Below are positions 1 through 14,150 of a DNA stretch of 64,000 nucleotides, piece by piece (within the stretch, counting starts at the first letter, position 1; each line of letters starts with the position of its first letter). This DNA comes from Balanoglossus misakiensis (lineage: Eukaryota > Animalia > Hemichordata), in contig CM082589.2 in NCBI GenBank assembly GCA_040954595.2, positions 11,978,894 through 12,042,893 on the forward strand, written 5' to 3'. The position numbers and the translations under genes were made by a program. Under the pieces are notes generated by a model, which did not search any database, had not been told where the DNA came from, and worked only from the letters and a program-made list of their open reading frames with translations.

Positions 1-685
1 TTAAAAGTGTGATATGAAAATACTTAATTATGTCAAGTAAAGGCAAAATCATTAAGGTAATATTAAAGAACCTACTTGTGCACTGAGTCTGTTGATTGGG
101 GTCGTCGTTGTGTGGGACTCGCTAGCAATGTGGGGAAAATCTATTGATTATCGACAGACTCAGTGGGCAAGACGTGACCATAAAATAGATATACCAACAT
201 ATCGAACTGTTGAATACTACGCAAACAAAAGAACCCCAACTAATGAACTGATCCCAGGAAACTACACTGGACTTGAAGGATCTATTGCATGTTTTAGTGG
301 ACTTGAAGTATTTATTGAAATATTTTTCTCATCATGAAATTAAGTTAGTCATGCTAAACTATGGTATTAATATTATAAAACATATTGCAATTGAAACCTT
401 CTCATCTGTTATAGCCATTGGAAAAATTCATTAAAGACATACCCTAAAAACATAGGAAAAAGAACACAGACAGATAATAAAATCATAAAAATTTAAAATG
501 CACACACATACATACCGTATTCTTTATTTATAATATGGGAAAGTACAACGGAGCAAGCGACAGACGCACGCGCGCGCACGCAAAAACATAAATTGCTTGA
601 AGACGGACTGCAATCTTGGGATTCTTGGGATCTTGTAGAGAACCAGCTTCATCAGATGACCAAAAACATCCTAGGCGCGGAAAGA

Positions 686-1145
686 ACACAACCACGGCAA
701 ACACAGAGGCCAGAATGTGATGAGAGAGTAGTCACAGACACCCAAAAATGTCGACAATTCGAATATGAATTCGAATACACAACCACGGCAAACACAGAGG
801 CCAGAATGTGACGAGAGAGTAGTCACAGACACCCAAAAATGTTGACAATTCGAATATGAATTCGAAAACACAACTACGGCAAACACAGAGGCCAAAATGT
901 GACGAGATGTAGTCACAGACACCCAAAAATGTCGACAATTCGAATAAGAATTCGAAAACACAACCACGGCAAACACAGAGGCCAAAATGTGACGAGATGT
1001 AGTCACAGACACCCAAAAATGTTGACAATTCGAATAAGAATTCGAAAACACAACTACAGCAAACACAGAGGCCAGAATGTGACGAGAGAGTAGTCACAGA
1101 CACCCAAAAATGTCGACAATTCGAATAGGAATTTGAAAACACAAC
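686..1145. repeat. Minisatellite, about 90-91 bp unit, about 5 copies
   Basis: ACAACCACGGCAAACACAGAGGCCA...GACAATTCGAATA recurs at roughly 90-bp spacing; overlapping ORFs are repetitive artefacts. Confidence 0.95.
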
Positions 1146-1185
1146 ACAGAGAGTACTCCGAGACATCCAACAATTTTGAAAATAT

Positions 1186-1249
1186 TCATACATGCATACA
1201 TACATACATACATACATACATACAGATAGACAGACAGACAGACAGACAG

Positions 1250-1282
<33 letters not shown>

Positions 1283-1525
1283 CATACATACATACATACA
1301 TACATACATACATACATACATACATACATACATGCATACATACATATACACACACACACACACGGGTACATGCAAACATACAACGACACAAATAAATATA
1401 TAAATAAATGAATGAATGAACGAGTGAATGAATGAATGAATAAATGTATGTATGTATGTATGTATGTATGTATGTATGTATGTATGTATGTATGTATGTA
1501 TGAATGAATGGATGGATGGATGAAT
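1186..1525. repeat. Compound microsatellite (CATA)n/(CAGA)n/(CA)n/(ATGA)n/(TATG)n
   Basis: Directly visible simple repeats. Confidence 0.97.
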
Positions 1526-2879
1526 AAATGTACAATACTAGTAAATCATGCCTATATCCAGTACATTCTGGAAAAATGACCGTCCAAGTTTATAGAGAGA
1601 GAGAGAGAGAGCCAGTCAAACAATTTTCAATGTTGGTCAACTGTTCATTGTCATATTTGCTTTCTGTATCAATACAGGACTAATGCTGTAAACTCTTTGT
1701 ATTCTGTTTACCATTCGGCTTTAATATCTTAACTTGACTTTTTCTTTATATGTGGGTGCAATTATGCTACAAAGCTAAACAGTAAACCCCTGAAGGCTGC
1801 TGTACCCTGTGCAATTAACGTAAATTTACACTAAGTGCTTGCTACATGCAATGCTTATTGTGCCTATAGGATTCAACAACCTTCAGGTTATGCTGAATAA
1901 ATCATGGTGATAATTTAGCAGTGTTGGCAAACTGAAGTGTACAATTTAGTTTTAACCTACTTAAACCCTCTCTCTCTGACACAATGACAAATAATGCTAT
2001 CAGAATAATACATTTGTAATACAGATCATATAAATGAGGAAGGGATTGATTAATGTTCAATTTCGTCCTGTGGGAGAAGTTCTATTCTTGGAATGACGAT
2101 GGAATCAAAGTCAGTAAAATAAAGTCATCCTGGAAGGAAACTTCTCTGCATCCGATTCACTGGGGCTTCTGCATTCATACATGTATCCTCTTCTTGCCTA
2201 TGCACAGAAAGACGACATAACACTCACCTTGTATTGATTGATTGATTACAGCAAATAAGAGACATTCAACATTCACACAGAAACGAAAATATGCTCCTGT
2301 CAAACACTGAACATGGGTAAAAAAGGGGCCCAGGATGTGACAACATCTGATCAGGTCACTTCTTGATCACTATGTAATATGGTGGTAGAACACACTTGGG
2401 CCCCACTTTTGTATTTTTGTCTGGCGTGACACTCCCTTAAAACTCTACCAAATGAAGATAAGCCCGCGTCAAAAGAGTGAATTGAAGTCCGCGAAACTAC
2501 AAGTTAAAAAATCTGCTGTTTTTCATCAGGCAATGAACTGGTTGAATGCATATTGGAAGAGAAAGCAATAGGATGGATTGGACATCAGTTACAGTATTCC
2601 GAGTATGGCGTTGACTCCTCTCTCTGTACAGTGATTATGAATAAGTGGAAAGACCAGCTCTGGGCATAAATGCTATAAAATCAGACCCAGTTCATCTTGC
2701 ATTGCTGGATGAATATTTATCCCGACTGAAGCACACAGTATATACCGACCATGTGCACTTCCAGTGTTTTTATATAATATGGATGTGTATAGGAGCATTT
2801 CAGGGGGTGGGGTGGGGGGGGGGTGCTATCAAGTAAAATGAAGGAATGCATCGACTTTTATTATCAGTGGCCCGTAAGG

Positions 2880-3920
2880 TTAATGCTATGTTACCTTTGA
2901 AGTGCTTGGCGGCTATACCGGTACAAGCATGCACAGATCTATGTTGATAGACATTACTCATCACAGGGACCAGTGACTGTTATCTGCAAAAATGAAAAAT
3001 ATGCCAATAAGTATTTCTGTGTCAAACAGCACGGCAAAATGTATCTATGGACAGAGATGATCTCCTGTCTTCATGAACAATACAATACGTTGTACAGGGG
3101 CCTCCAAATGAGCAATTAAATTCTATGCTGTCATCCATGGCGTCTAGGAAATCTTTAACAGAATAAGAATTATCTTATGTTACCCTCAGACACCACTTGG
3201 CTGCAATACAGGCATGTACACACATCCAGTTCGACAGATCAATGTTGATCACCAGAGAGAAACCATTATCTGCAAAAATGGAAAATATGACAAAGTATTT
3301 TAGTGTCAAAAAACATGACAGTAAAATGTATGGACAGATGATCTCCTGGATGGACAATACAATAAGTCACACACTGCCCTCCAAAATGAGCAATTAAATT
3401 ATATGCATTCATCTATGGGGTCTAGGAAATCTTTAGGAGAAAAAGAATTATCTTATATGTTACCCTCAGACACCAATTGGCTGCAATACAGGCATGTACA
3501 CACATCCAGTTCGACAGATCATCAATGTTGATCACCAGAGAGAAACTATTATCTACAAAAATGGAAAATATGACAGTATTTTAGTGTCAAAAATAAGGCA
3601 GTAAAATGTAAGGATAATCTCCTGGATGGACAATACAATAAGTCACACACTGCCCTCCAAAATGAGCAATTAAATTCTATGCTGTCATCTATGGGGTAAA
3701 GGAAATCTTAGAAGAACAATAATTATCTTATGTTACCCTTGCAAACTACTGTACTGTTTTACAGGCTTGAATATACATCTAGTTTGGCAGATTTTGATCA
3801 ACAGCTAGATACCCCTTTCTGCAAAAAATGGAAAATATGCTAATAAGTATTTCTGTGTCAAACAACATAATGGTAAAATATATCTATGGACAGAGATGAT
3901 CTCCTGTCTTCATGAATGTA
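2880..3920. repeat. Degenerate tandem repeat, about 275-290 bp unit, about 4 copies
   Basis: TATGTTACC at about 2887, 3177, 3457, 3729; shared TCTGCAAAAATG, GTGTCAAA, ATCTCCTG and CCTCCAAAATGAGCAATTAAA blocks. Confidence 0.85.
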
Positions 3921-3954
3921 ATGTACTTCAATGGCTGGTTACTCAAATTTAATG

Positions 3955-5485
3955 TGCATACTCACTCCACAGGAATCATGTTACCTGGTTACCAACTTGG
4001 CATCTGGACAGGAGGATATTGGGCATCATGGAAATCTGAAACTAATGAGAAAAAATTGTGTAAATAGACAATTATAACTGACTGCTATGAACTTCAACTT
4101 GGCTCAAATCCATAATTATTTCTCGTTGGGTGCTCAGTTGTTTCTGGTTCAAAGGCGACTAGTGCAAAGTGTCCAGGAAAACACAGAGACACGGAGATGT
4201 CACATGACTGCAAGCCATGAGCCATTATTTTGCATACTCACACCATAGGAATCATGTTACCTGGTTACCAACTTGGCATCTGGACAGGAGGATATTGGGC
4301 ATCATGGAAATCTGAAACTAATGAGAAAAAATTGTGTAAATAGACAATTATAACTGACTGCTATGAACTTCAACTTGGCTCCAATCCATAATTATTTCTC
4401 GTTGGGTGCTCAGTTGTTTCTGGTTCAAAGGCGACTAGTGCAAAGTGTCCAGGAAAACACAGGAGACATGGAGATGTCACATGACTGCAAGCCATGAGCC
4501 ATTATTTTGCATACTCACACCATAGGAATCATGTTACCTGGTTACCAACTTGGCATCTGGACAGGAGGATATTGGGCATCATGGAAATCTGAAACTAATG
4601 AGAAAAAATTGTGTAAATAGACAATTATAACTGACTGCTATGAACTTCAACTTGGCTCCAATCCATAATTATTTCTCGTTGGGTGCTCAGTTGTTTCTGG
4701 TTCAAAGGCGACTAGTGCAAAGTGTCCAGGAAAACACAGAGACACGGAGATGTCACATGACTGCAAGCCATGAGCCATTATTTTGCATACTCACACCATA
4801 GGAATCATGTTACCTGGTTACCAACTTGGCATCTGGACAGGAGGATATTGGGCATCATGGAAATCTGAAACTAATGAGAAAAAATTGTGTAAATAGACAA
4901 TTATAACTGACTGCTATGAACTTCAACTTGGCTCCAATCCATAATTATTTCTCGTTGGGTGCTCAGTTGTTTCTGGTTCAAAGGCGACTAGTGCAAAGTG
5001 TCCAGGAAAACACAAGAGACACGGAGATGTCACATGACTGCAAGCCATGAGCCATTTATTTGCATACTCACACTATAGGAATCATGTTACCCGGTTACCA
5101 ACTTGGCATCTGGACAGGAGGATATTGGGCATCATGGTAATCTGAAACTAATGAGAAAATTTGTGTAAATAGACAATTATTACTGACTGCTATGAACTTC
5201 AACTTGGCTCCAATCTATAATTATTTCTCGTTGGGTGCTCAGTTGTTTCTGGTTCAAAGGCGACTAGTGCAAAGTGTCCAGGAAATCACAAGAGACACGG
5301 AGATGTCACATGACTGCAAGCCATGAGCCATTAATTTGCATACTCACACCATAGGAATCATGTTACCTGGTTACCAACTTGGCATCTGGACAGGAGGATA
5401 TTGGGCATCATGGAAATCTGAAACTAATGAGAAAAAACGTGTAAATAGACAATTATAACTAACTGCTATGAACTCCAACTTGGCT
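3955..5485. repeat. Tandem repeat, about 276 bp unit, about 5.5 near-identical copies
   Basis: TGCATACTCAC...GGAATCATGTTACCTGGTTACCAACTTGG at about 3955, 4231, 4508, 4784, 5061, 5337. Confidence 0.97.
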
Positions 5486-6094
5486 GCTAACAATCCCCAA
5501 CACCTGCAACAAATAATAAATAGTAAATATTAATTGATTATCATAGACTGGTTGAGTTTAATGTTACCTATGGTACACTTACATTGTATTTTCCCTTTTA
5601 ATCTGGTGGGTAGTTAGCTATCTGATGTACATTAACCATTGTGAAACTCTAGGATCTGATAAACTTATTTATTTATCCAATAGACTTACAAAATGTGAAA
5701 ATATTTATATTTCTATGGGAGAAACATGGACCGGTACTCAGTCAACTAATCATTATGGGGGACTAAAATTTCTACAAATTTAAAATTATTCCTGTAATTA
5801 TCACCTGTCTATATATTATGTACATTGTAATTGCTAAACTATACCATTCACTGGGTTTAGCTCCTTACTGGAAAATTGCCATTACAATTTATGCCCAGTT
5901 GTGGGTTTAAGAAAAATACACAGTGATAAAAACTGCAAAATTATTAATGTAGTTTTCAAAAGTTATTCCCTAAAATCATCAGACATAAGTATTAAATTAT
6001 CACTTAAAGCTAAGCCTACTAATCAATACAAATTCTGCAGAATATTTAAGTTCCATGGCTGAGGATTAATGAGAAAACAACACATTTCTTATTT

Positions 6095-6151
6095 ATCATT
6101 ATCATCATCATCATCATCATCATAATCATCATCATCATCACCATCATTGCC

Positions 6152-6197
<46 letters not shown>

Positions 6198-6305
6198 CCA
6201 TCACCATCACAACCGTCATCAACATCAGTACAACCATCAATGCCATCACCATAACAACTAGCAATAACAATTAACATCAAAACTGCCAACACCATCACCA
6301 ACATT
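6095..6305. repeat. (CAT)n/(CAC)n trinucleotide microsatellite
   Basis: Directly visible. Confidence 0.95.
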
Positions 6306-6829
6306 AACAGAAATAAAATCAAAATGTTGAATGACCCATGAAAATCAGAAACTGTCAACCAACAGCATTCTACAAAGTCACTAGTTTGTTAATCTAGCTG
6401 AGGTGATTGTATTATACTCTAAAATATTATATGTTTATTATTATCAGTTTGTAAATTTTTAAGTCTAAGAATATTATAATATTAAAATTTCAAATGGCAA
6501 TTTTTAATACGCATAGCTGACATTATACACCAGTAATTCTGAATGTTCTTTTACTAAAGTACTGCAATTTCCAAAACAGCCATGTTATGTAAATTATTTT
6601 CCAATTTTCAAACGAGTGCTAACTTCACTGATGAAAAGGGGGAATTTAGACAATGAGCTGTTGGTGAAACTGACTGGATGGTATTAAAACACAATTAAAT
6701 ACAGATCTGGAACATAAATGTTATACAATGCAATGTTATATCATATTATTTAATCTGGAAAGAAATCATGCATTTGAGACACATCAATTGTGATCACAAT
6801 TACCGGTTCAATGCAAACACTGTCTGGAA

Positions 6830-9490
6830 GTTTTCATATCAAGCTACAGTACCTGAAACAAAAATTTGTAATCACTGATACCCCCATCATTATGAATCGC
6901 TGGCACCCCCACCCCCATCATTATGAACACCTTGGTTCACACAGGTTATTTGTTTACGATTGTGAAACATAGTAAAATTATTAATGATAAAACACATCCA
7001 TGGTGCAGCATTTTATTAATACTGCAGGTTAGTTCAAAGTTTTCATATCAAGCTACAGTACCTGAAACAAAAATTGGTAATCTCTTACACCCCCCACCCC
7101 TGACACCCCCCACCCCCCATCATTATCAATTAGAACACTTGGTTTCACACAGGTTATTTGTTTACGATTGCAAAACACTGTTTACTTAATAACACAAGCA
7201 TAGTAAAATTATTAATGATTATAAAACACATCATGGTGCAGCATTTTATTAATACTGCAGGTTAGTTCAAAGTTTTCATATCAAGCTACAGTACCTGAAA
7301 AAAATTTTATTATGGCTGACACCCCCCTCCCCCCATCATTATCAATTTGAACACTTGGTTTCACACAGGTTGTTTGTTTACGATTGTGAGACACTGTTCA
7401 CTAAATATGGTGCAGCATTTTAATACTGCAGGTTAGGTCAAACTTTTCATATCAAGCTACAGTACCTGAAACAAAAATTTGTAATCACTGACACCCCCCT
7501 CCCCTGACACCCCCCACCCCCGATCATGATGAACACCTTGGTTCACACAGGTTGTTTGTTTACGATTGTGAAACACTGTTCACTTAAGAACACAAGCATA
7601 GTCAAATTATTAATGATAAAACACATTATGGTGCAGCATTTTAATACTGCAGATTAGTTCAAGGTTTTCATATCAAGCTACAGTACCTGACACAAAAATT
7701 TGTGATCACTGACATCCCCCTCCCCCCATCATTATCAATTAGAACACTTGGTTTCACATAGGTTGTTTGTTTATGATTGTGAAACACTGTTCACTAAATA
7801 TGGTGCAGCATTTTAATTAATACTGCAGGTTAGTTCAAAGTTTTCATATCAAGCTACAGTACCTGAAACAAAAATTTGTGATCACTGACACCCCCCTCCC
7901 CTGACACCCCCACCCCCGATCATGATGAACACCTTGGTTCACACAGGTTGTTTGTTTACGATTGTGAAACACTGTTCACTTAAGAACACAAGCATAATCA
8001 AATTATTAATGATAAAACACATTATGGTGCAGCATTTTAATACTGCAGATTAGTTCAAGGTTTTCATATCAAGCTACAGTACCTGAAACAAAAATTTATT
8101 ATCGCTGACACCCCCCTCCCCCAATCATTATCAATTTGAACACTTGGTTTCACTCAGGTTGTTTGTTTACGATTGTGAAACACTGTTCACTTAATTAACA
8201 CAAGCATAGTAGAATTATTACTGATAAAACACATCATGGTGCAGCATTTTAATACTGCAGATTAGTTCAAAGTTTTCATATCAAGCTACAGTACCTGAAA
8301 CAAAAAATTGTATTCACTTACACCCCCCAACCCTGACACCCCCCACCCCCGATCATTACCAATTAGAACACCATGGTTTCACACAGGTTGTTTGTTTACG
8401 ATTGTGAAACACTGTTCACTTAATTAACATAAGCATGGTAAAATGTTTAATGATAAAACCCATCATGGTGCAGCATTTTATACTGCAGATTAGTTCAAGG
8501 TTTTCATATCAAGCTACAGTACCTGAAACAAAAAATTGTAATCACTTACACCCCCCAACCCTGACACCTCCCACACCCGATCATTACCAATTAGAACACC
8601 TTGGTTTCACGTTGGTTACTTGTTTACGATCGTGAAACACTGTTCACTTAATTAACACAAGCATAGTAGAATTATTAATGATAAAACACATCATGGTGCA
8701 GCAATTTAATACTGCAGATTAGTTCAAAGTTTTCATATCAAGCTACAGTACCTGAAACAAAAATTTGTAATCACTGACAACCCCCACCCCCGATCATTAC
8801 CAATTAGAACACATTGGTTTCACACAGATTGTTTGTTTATGATCGTGAAACACTGTTTACTTAATAAGACAAGCATGGCAAAATTATTAATGATAAAACA
8901 CATCATGGTGCACCAATTTAATACTGCAGATTAGTTCAAAGTTTTCATATCAAGCTACAGTACCTGAAACAAAAATTTGTAATCGCTGACAGCCCCCACC
9001 CCTGACAACCCCCACCCCCGATCATTACCACACTGGCTGTTCGTTTACGATTGTGAAACACTGTTCACTTAATAACACAAGCATAGTAAAATTATTAATG
9101 GTACAACACAACATGGTGCAGCATTTTAATACTGCAGATTAGTTCAAAGTTTTCATATCAAGTTACAGTACCTGAAACAAAAAATTGTAATCGCTGTAAC
9201 CCCCTACCCCATCATTATGAACACATTGGTTCACACAGGTTGTTTGTTTACGATTGTGAAACATTGTTCCCTTAAGAACACATGCTTGGTAAAATTATTA
9301 ATGAAATTAATCACATCATGGTGCAGCATTTTAATACTGCAGGTTAGTTTAAAGTTCTCATACCAAGCTACAGTACCTGACACAAAAATTTGTAATCACT
9401 GACAACCCCCTTCCCCCATCATTATCAATAAGAACACCCTGGTTTCACACAGGTTGTTTGTTTACAATTGTGAAACACTGTTCATGTTAT
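6830..9490. repeat. Diverged tandem repeat, about 180-240 bp unit, about 12 copies, with C-rich tracts
   Basis: TTTTCATATCAAGCTACAGTACCTGAAACAAAAA and TTGTTTACGATTGTGAAACAC recur in each unit. Confidence 0.93.
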
Positions 9491-9759
9491 AACACCACAA
9501 ATTCCATAGTGTAATATTATTAACTAGTTTGATAAATCAGAAACTTCTGAGTGCGTGGTTACTTATATGGTATTTCATGTTTGAGAGTGCAAGGTTATGA
9601 CATCCCCAAATCTGACTGGCCAGGTCAGAATGGGAACACCCACATGTGTGCAAGTTTTAATAAAAAACACCTGAGAGCATGACTGCACCCAGCAGATCAC
9701 CCATTTACAAAGCTTTGTGTCATTACATGTGAGTATGATATTTTTATTTTTATAAGTAT

Positions 9760-9761
9760 CG

Positions 9762-9812
<51 letters not shown>

Positions 9813-10270
9813 CCATATCATCAGTATCACCATCTAAACCATTATTATCACCATCACCATCAGTATCACCATCATCACCATCATTATCACCATCACCACC
9901 ATTATTATCACCATCATCACCATCAGTATCACCATCACTACCGTTATTATCACCATCATCACCATCATTATCACCATCATCACCATTATTATCACTATCA
10001 TCACCATCATTATCACCATCACCACCACTATTATCACCATCAGTATCACCATCACCACCATTATTATCACCATCATCATCACCATCACCACCATTATTAT
10101 CATCATCATCACCATCACCACCACTATTATCACCATCAGTATCACCATCACCACCATTATTATCACCATCATCACCATCATCATCACCATCACCACCATT
10201 ATTATCTTAATCAGTATCACCAGTACCACCAGATTCACATTCATTGTCATCACTATTACCAGTATTATCA
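9760..10270. repeat. Degenerate (CAT/CAC/TAT)n low-complexity repeat
   Basis: Directly visible; a similar tract lies at about 11058-11240. Confidence 0.95.
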
Positions 10271-12205
10271 TATTCAACACCGCTATGTTACGGTTAAAAC
10301 TGCTGTACCAGTTAGTACAGATCTCCATTTACCATGGTAACTGTATTTAAATTTGCATGCATGCATTTTGTCTGAAACACAGACGAACCCATTACATGAT
10401 ATATTTTACATGTCAAGCAAAATGGCTGCTACATTTGTACATTAAAATGATACGAGGCAACAGGGATTCATATGAAGTGCATTCCTAGAAAAAAAGAAAA
10501 CTTTATTTAATTCATTTAATAACAGGCATATCAATGATATATATCTATACCAGTCATAAATTTTCACCAACAGCTCTATGTACTAGGATCATTTTACCCT
10601 GGTTTGTACAAACACATTTGCTTTGCAAAACTCTGTACACAGAATCACAAAGTATGTAATGCAAACTTGAACTATGCATAAACATTAGGCTACCAATTCT
10701 GACGAATATTTAAGATGAATGTGACTGATTGTCTGGATGAAAATACATCTCTGTGTAACATATATTTATGGTTAAATTAAACCTTTACTTGAATTATTAT
10801 TTCTGTTATTTTATACCACTACAACCACAATGCTAACGCTAGTAACAGATACAACATTACACCCATTATTCTGGATTAAATTAAGACCACTAAGAAACAA
10901 ATATTAACCACCTATACCACTCAAGACATATTCATTCTCCAACCTATTGCGTCTCAAAGTATCCTGAAGATCCACCAAAACCAGACAATACCACATTGAC
11001 ATATGCTCTGCAGAAACTACTATTATTGGTGTCTTTCTTACACAGATATAAAGAACTAATCATCATCATCATTGTTACTGTTTTTGTAACATCTTCATCA
11101 TCATTATTGTCATCATCATCCTCATTATAATCATCATCATCATTATCATCATCATCACAATCATCATTATCATCATCATCATTGTAGTCATTATTTTTAG
11201 TTATTTTATTATCATCCTCCTATTATTCATCCTATTATTCCTAATCATTTTTTTTCTCATATTACATTTGTCTTTCAATTGTCATTGATTTTAAGAATAT
11301 TACTGCTCCAATTTCAACGTGACTGGCGTGATCATCCTCTTTGCCGTAATTTGCATTTGAACATCATGAAGTTAATCCAAACTGAAAAGCAGATGCCTAC
11401 CATGTCGTTTTTAATCCTCCCTACCTTAAATAGGTTTTAAGCTACCTAAGTGAGTGATGAAAATCTCATAATATGGTCGACACAATTTCAAGATGGCCGA
11501 TTTTTGCCATGTTTAAGAAATGGGAGTTCATGAGCTAAAGTGATATTGAGTCTTTCTGAATCTTTGTAACAGAAAAAATAACAAAATGTGAAAAAAGTTT
11601 AATGAGTTTGATATGTTAAGTACAAAGACAGACATGTTTGACCAAAGAAAGTCATAACATACAGTAAACATATCATTTATTCTATCTCTTACTACAGTGA
11701 GTTGTCGACTTTTTACCCAGAATGCAATTATTATAATGTGATTTGACCCCCTAGCACAAAGTGAACACCTATTAAAGGCAGCCAGAATTCTGCACCATCT
11801 GCCAATTATGCAATATTTAAGCTGTCAAGTAAAACAATAAAGTACATCGTATAAAAATTTTTACTTCCCTGCTCAAAGCTCGGCTGCTATAATGTACATC
11901 TATTTCTGTAATCTTCAACTTTTTCCCACAAGTCCTGTCGGCTAGATCACATGGAAAGTTCCTCCTGCAATTTAAGAAAGTTGAAAACAATTTTGAGCAC
12001 AAAATCAAAACTTTCAAAAAATATAGAAATCATGGGTAAGAGGAACTCATATGTTTTCATCTTCAAATTTGTATAAAGTTGTTTATAAAACTGTTGCCAG
12101 TTCTCATCCACATATAAAAATGAGATAACTACAGAGCCTTATATTATAATCCTAAATTTTAAAATTAAGGAGAACATTTACTATAGTTCTAAGCAGGAAA
12201 GTTAA

Positions 12206-12550
12206 AGGACAAAGTCTCTCTTTGCTACCCTTTTCCCAATAATTATGTTTGATACAAGACACCGTTTATGTTAATGTATATGTGGATATATAGTGAACCA
12301 ACGTTCAACCACACACAACTTCCATCCCGCTTGTAGACATGAGAGTGAAAAACTCGCCAAAATGAATAATCAGTGTCTACCATTTATTCATTTTGGGTGA
12401 GCTTTCACTCTCATATCATACAAGTGGTATGGAATTTGTGTGTTGTTGAATGTACATTCACTACATATACAAATGTTCATTAACATAAACAGTGTGTTGT
12501 ATCAAACCTAATTAATGGGAAAAGGGCAGGGAGAGAGAGACTTTGTCCGT
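12206..12550. mobile_element. Palindromic MITE, Kolobok/T2-like (TTAA target, AGG-type termini)
   Basis: TTAA|AGGACAAAGTCTCTCT ... GAGAGAGACTTTGTCCGT|TTAA; halves are near reverse complements; further copies at 24709-29255, 40666-41003, 55417-55939. Confidence 0.85.
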
Positions 12551-13299
12551 TTAACTTCCTAGGCTGAGAATGCTGAAATACTTGAATAGACGCAGACATG
12601 GTCAATTGTCAATAGTCTCCTCAGTAAAAGCCCAGAAAATGTTACCACAGGCAGTTCAACATTAAGATGATACAGTTGGTGTTTGAATCAAGGGTGCTAT
12701 TCTTTTGAACTTTATGCAAATGTGCAATTCAGATCATTGACTCAGAACAGCAGCTCACATTGTAAAATATTGGAAAATGCTTCACAAATCATCATTGATA
12801 ATCATGATCACACCGAAAAAAAGATTAGATAGCACAATTTTATTCCTACACTTTACATGGGGTGTAATTGCAGTGCAGTGTACAGACTAAAACTGCAATG
12901 GAATTCTCTGCAATTCTTACTCTCAATCTTGCCTTACTTTATGAATATTTGTATACTAGTATGATTGTCATAATGGCAACAGAAAAAATGTCCCTCTCAT
13001 TATCAAAAGGCCCTTAAAGTGGAGACCACCGGCAAAAATGAACTCAAATCTCTGATCCTAGATTCACCACAGCACAAACACACATTGTGTCCGCTGTGGA
13101 AAAATCATATTGACAGGCTAAAAATATTGTGTATGGAGACATTTACATAACCAAAACAAAAAAGTCCCACTATTTATACAAAGTATGTTATCAGTGACCA
13201 GATGTGTTTGCCAACCTTTATATGCCAAGGTTCAGAAGCGCAGTTTCTGAGATCTAGGTGAACAAAAAATTAAAATGACTCAAGAAAAAAGAAAAAAAA

Positions 13300-14150
13300 A
13301 CTCCAGTAATTACAGTAGGGACCCAAGCGCCTAATTAAGACCCAATACACCAAAAATTGCCCTAAGAACACAAATTTCACCAACACTTTTCATTACCTAC
13401 TTGAGTTCCCACATGATAATTCCCACAAAATGTCACAGCAATATTGCTTCAAAAGTGGTAAAAACACAAGAATGCAAATATCACCAGAATTGTACAATGT
13501 CTTACTTCAATCACCATAAGGAATGTGCCTACGAAAATTCAAAGCAATCTGACAAACGGTTTCATAGAAAACAATTTTTTTGCGCAAAATCCCCCAAAAT
13601 TGCCCCAAGAACACGAATATGGAAATTTCACCAACAAGGTATGTACGACAGCTTACTTGGGTTATCCCTAGGAACATGCCTACCAAAATCCTAATGATTC
13701 TGGACAAGAGGTTTCAAAGAAATGATTTTTTACAAAAAATCATAAAAATTACCCAAAATTACAAATATGCAAATTATGCAACAAACTGGAAAAAATGACT
13801 TAGATTACCTATTGGAAGCTTCATAATAAATTTTAAAGCAATCAACCCATGATTGTTTACAGTCTATAATATAAAAAAAAGACTAAAATCTTCATAAAAA
13901 TAGAAAATTCATGATATTAACTAAAATTTTGAGGACTGTATGAGGTTCAGTGGTTGACATAAGGTACATTCATACCAATTTTCAAAGCAATTTGCCCAAT
14001 AGTTGTTGAGTTTCGGAGTTTTGACCAATTTCACATGTTCAAGCTAATTTGCATATTTTTGAGAATGACAACTTCGTTTATATCAAGGTGATATGCCAAG
14101 TGGTTTCCAAGTTTTTTTATTTGGATTGACATACATACCATGGGACCTAA
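13300..14150 (+). mobile_element. Degenerate non-autonomous interspersed repeat, related to 46690-47640
   Basis: Shared blocks such as TACTTCAAYCAC..AAGGAA, CAAAGCAATCTG, AAATATGCAAATT, TTGGRAAGCTTCATA; class unresolved. Confidence 0.5.

Noticed and set aside
593-1535. Long ORFs (up to 267 aa) with MYVC/HTYI repeats
   Set aside because: Translations of mini- and microsatellites.
6046-10328. Poly-Met, poly-Asp and Met/Val/Ile-rich ORFs
   Set aside because: Products of (CAT)n repeats, with no supporting gene structure.
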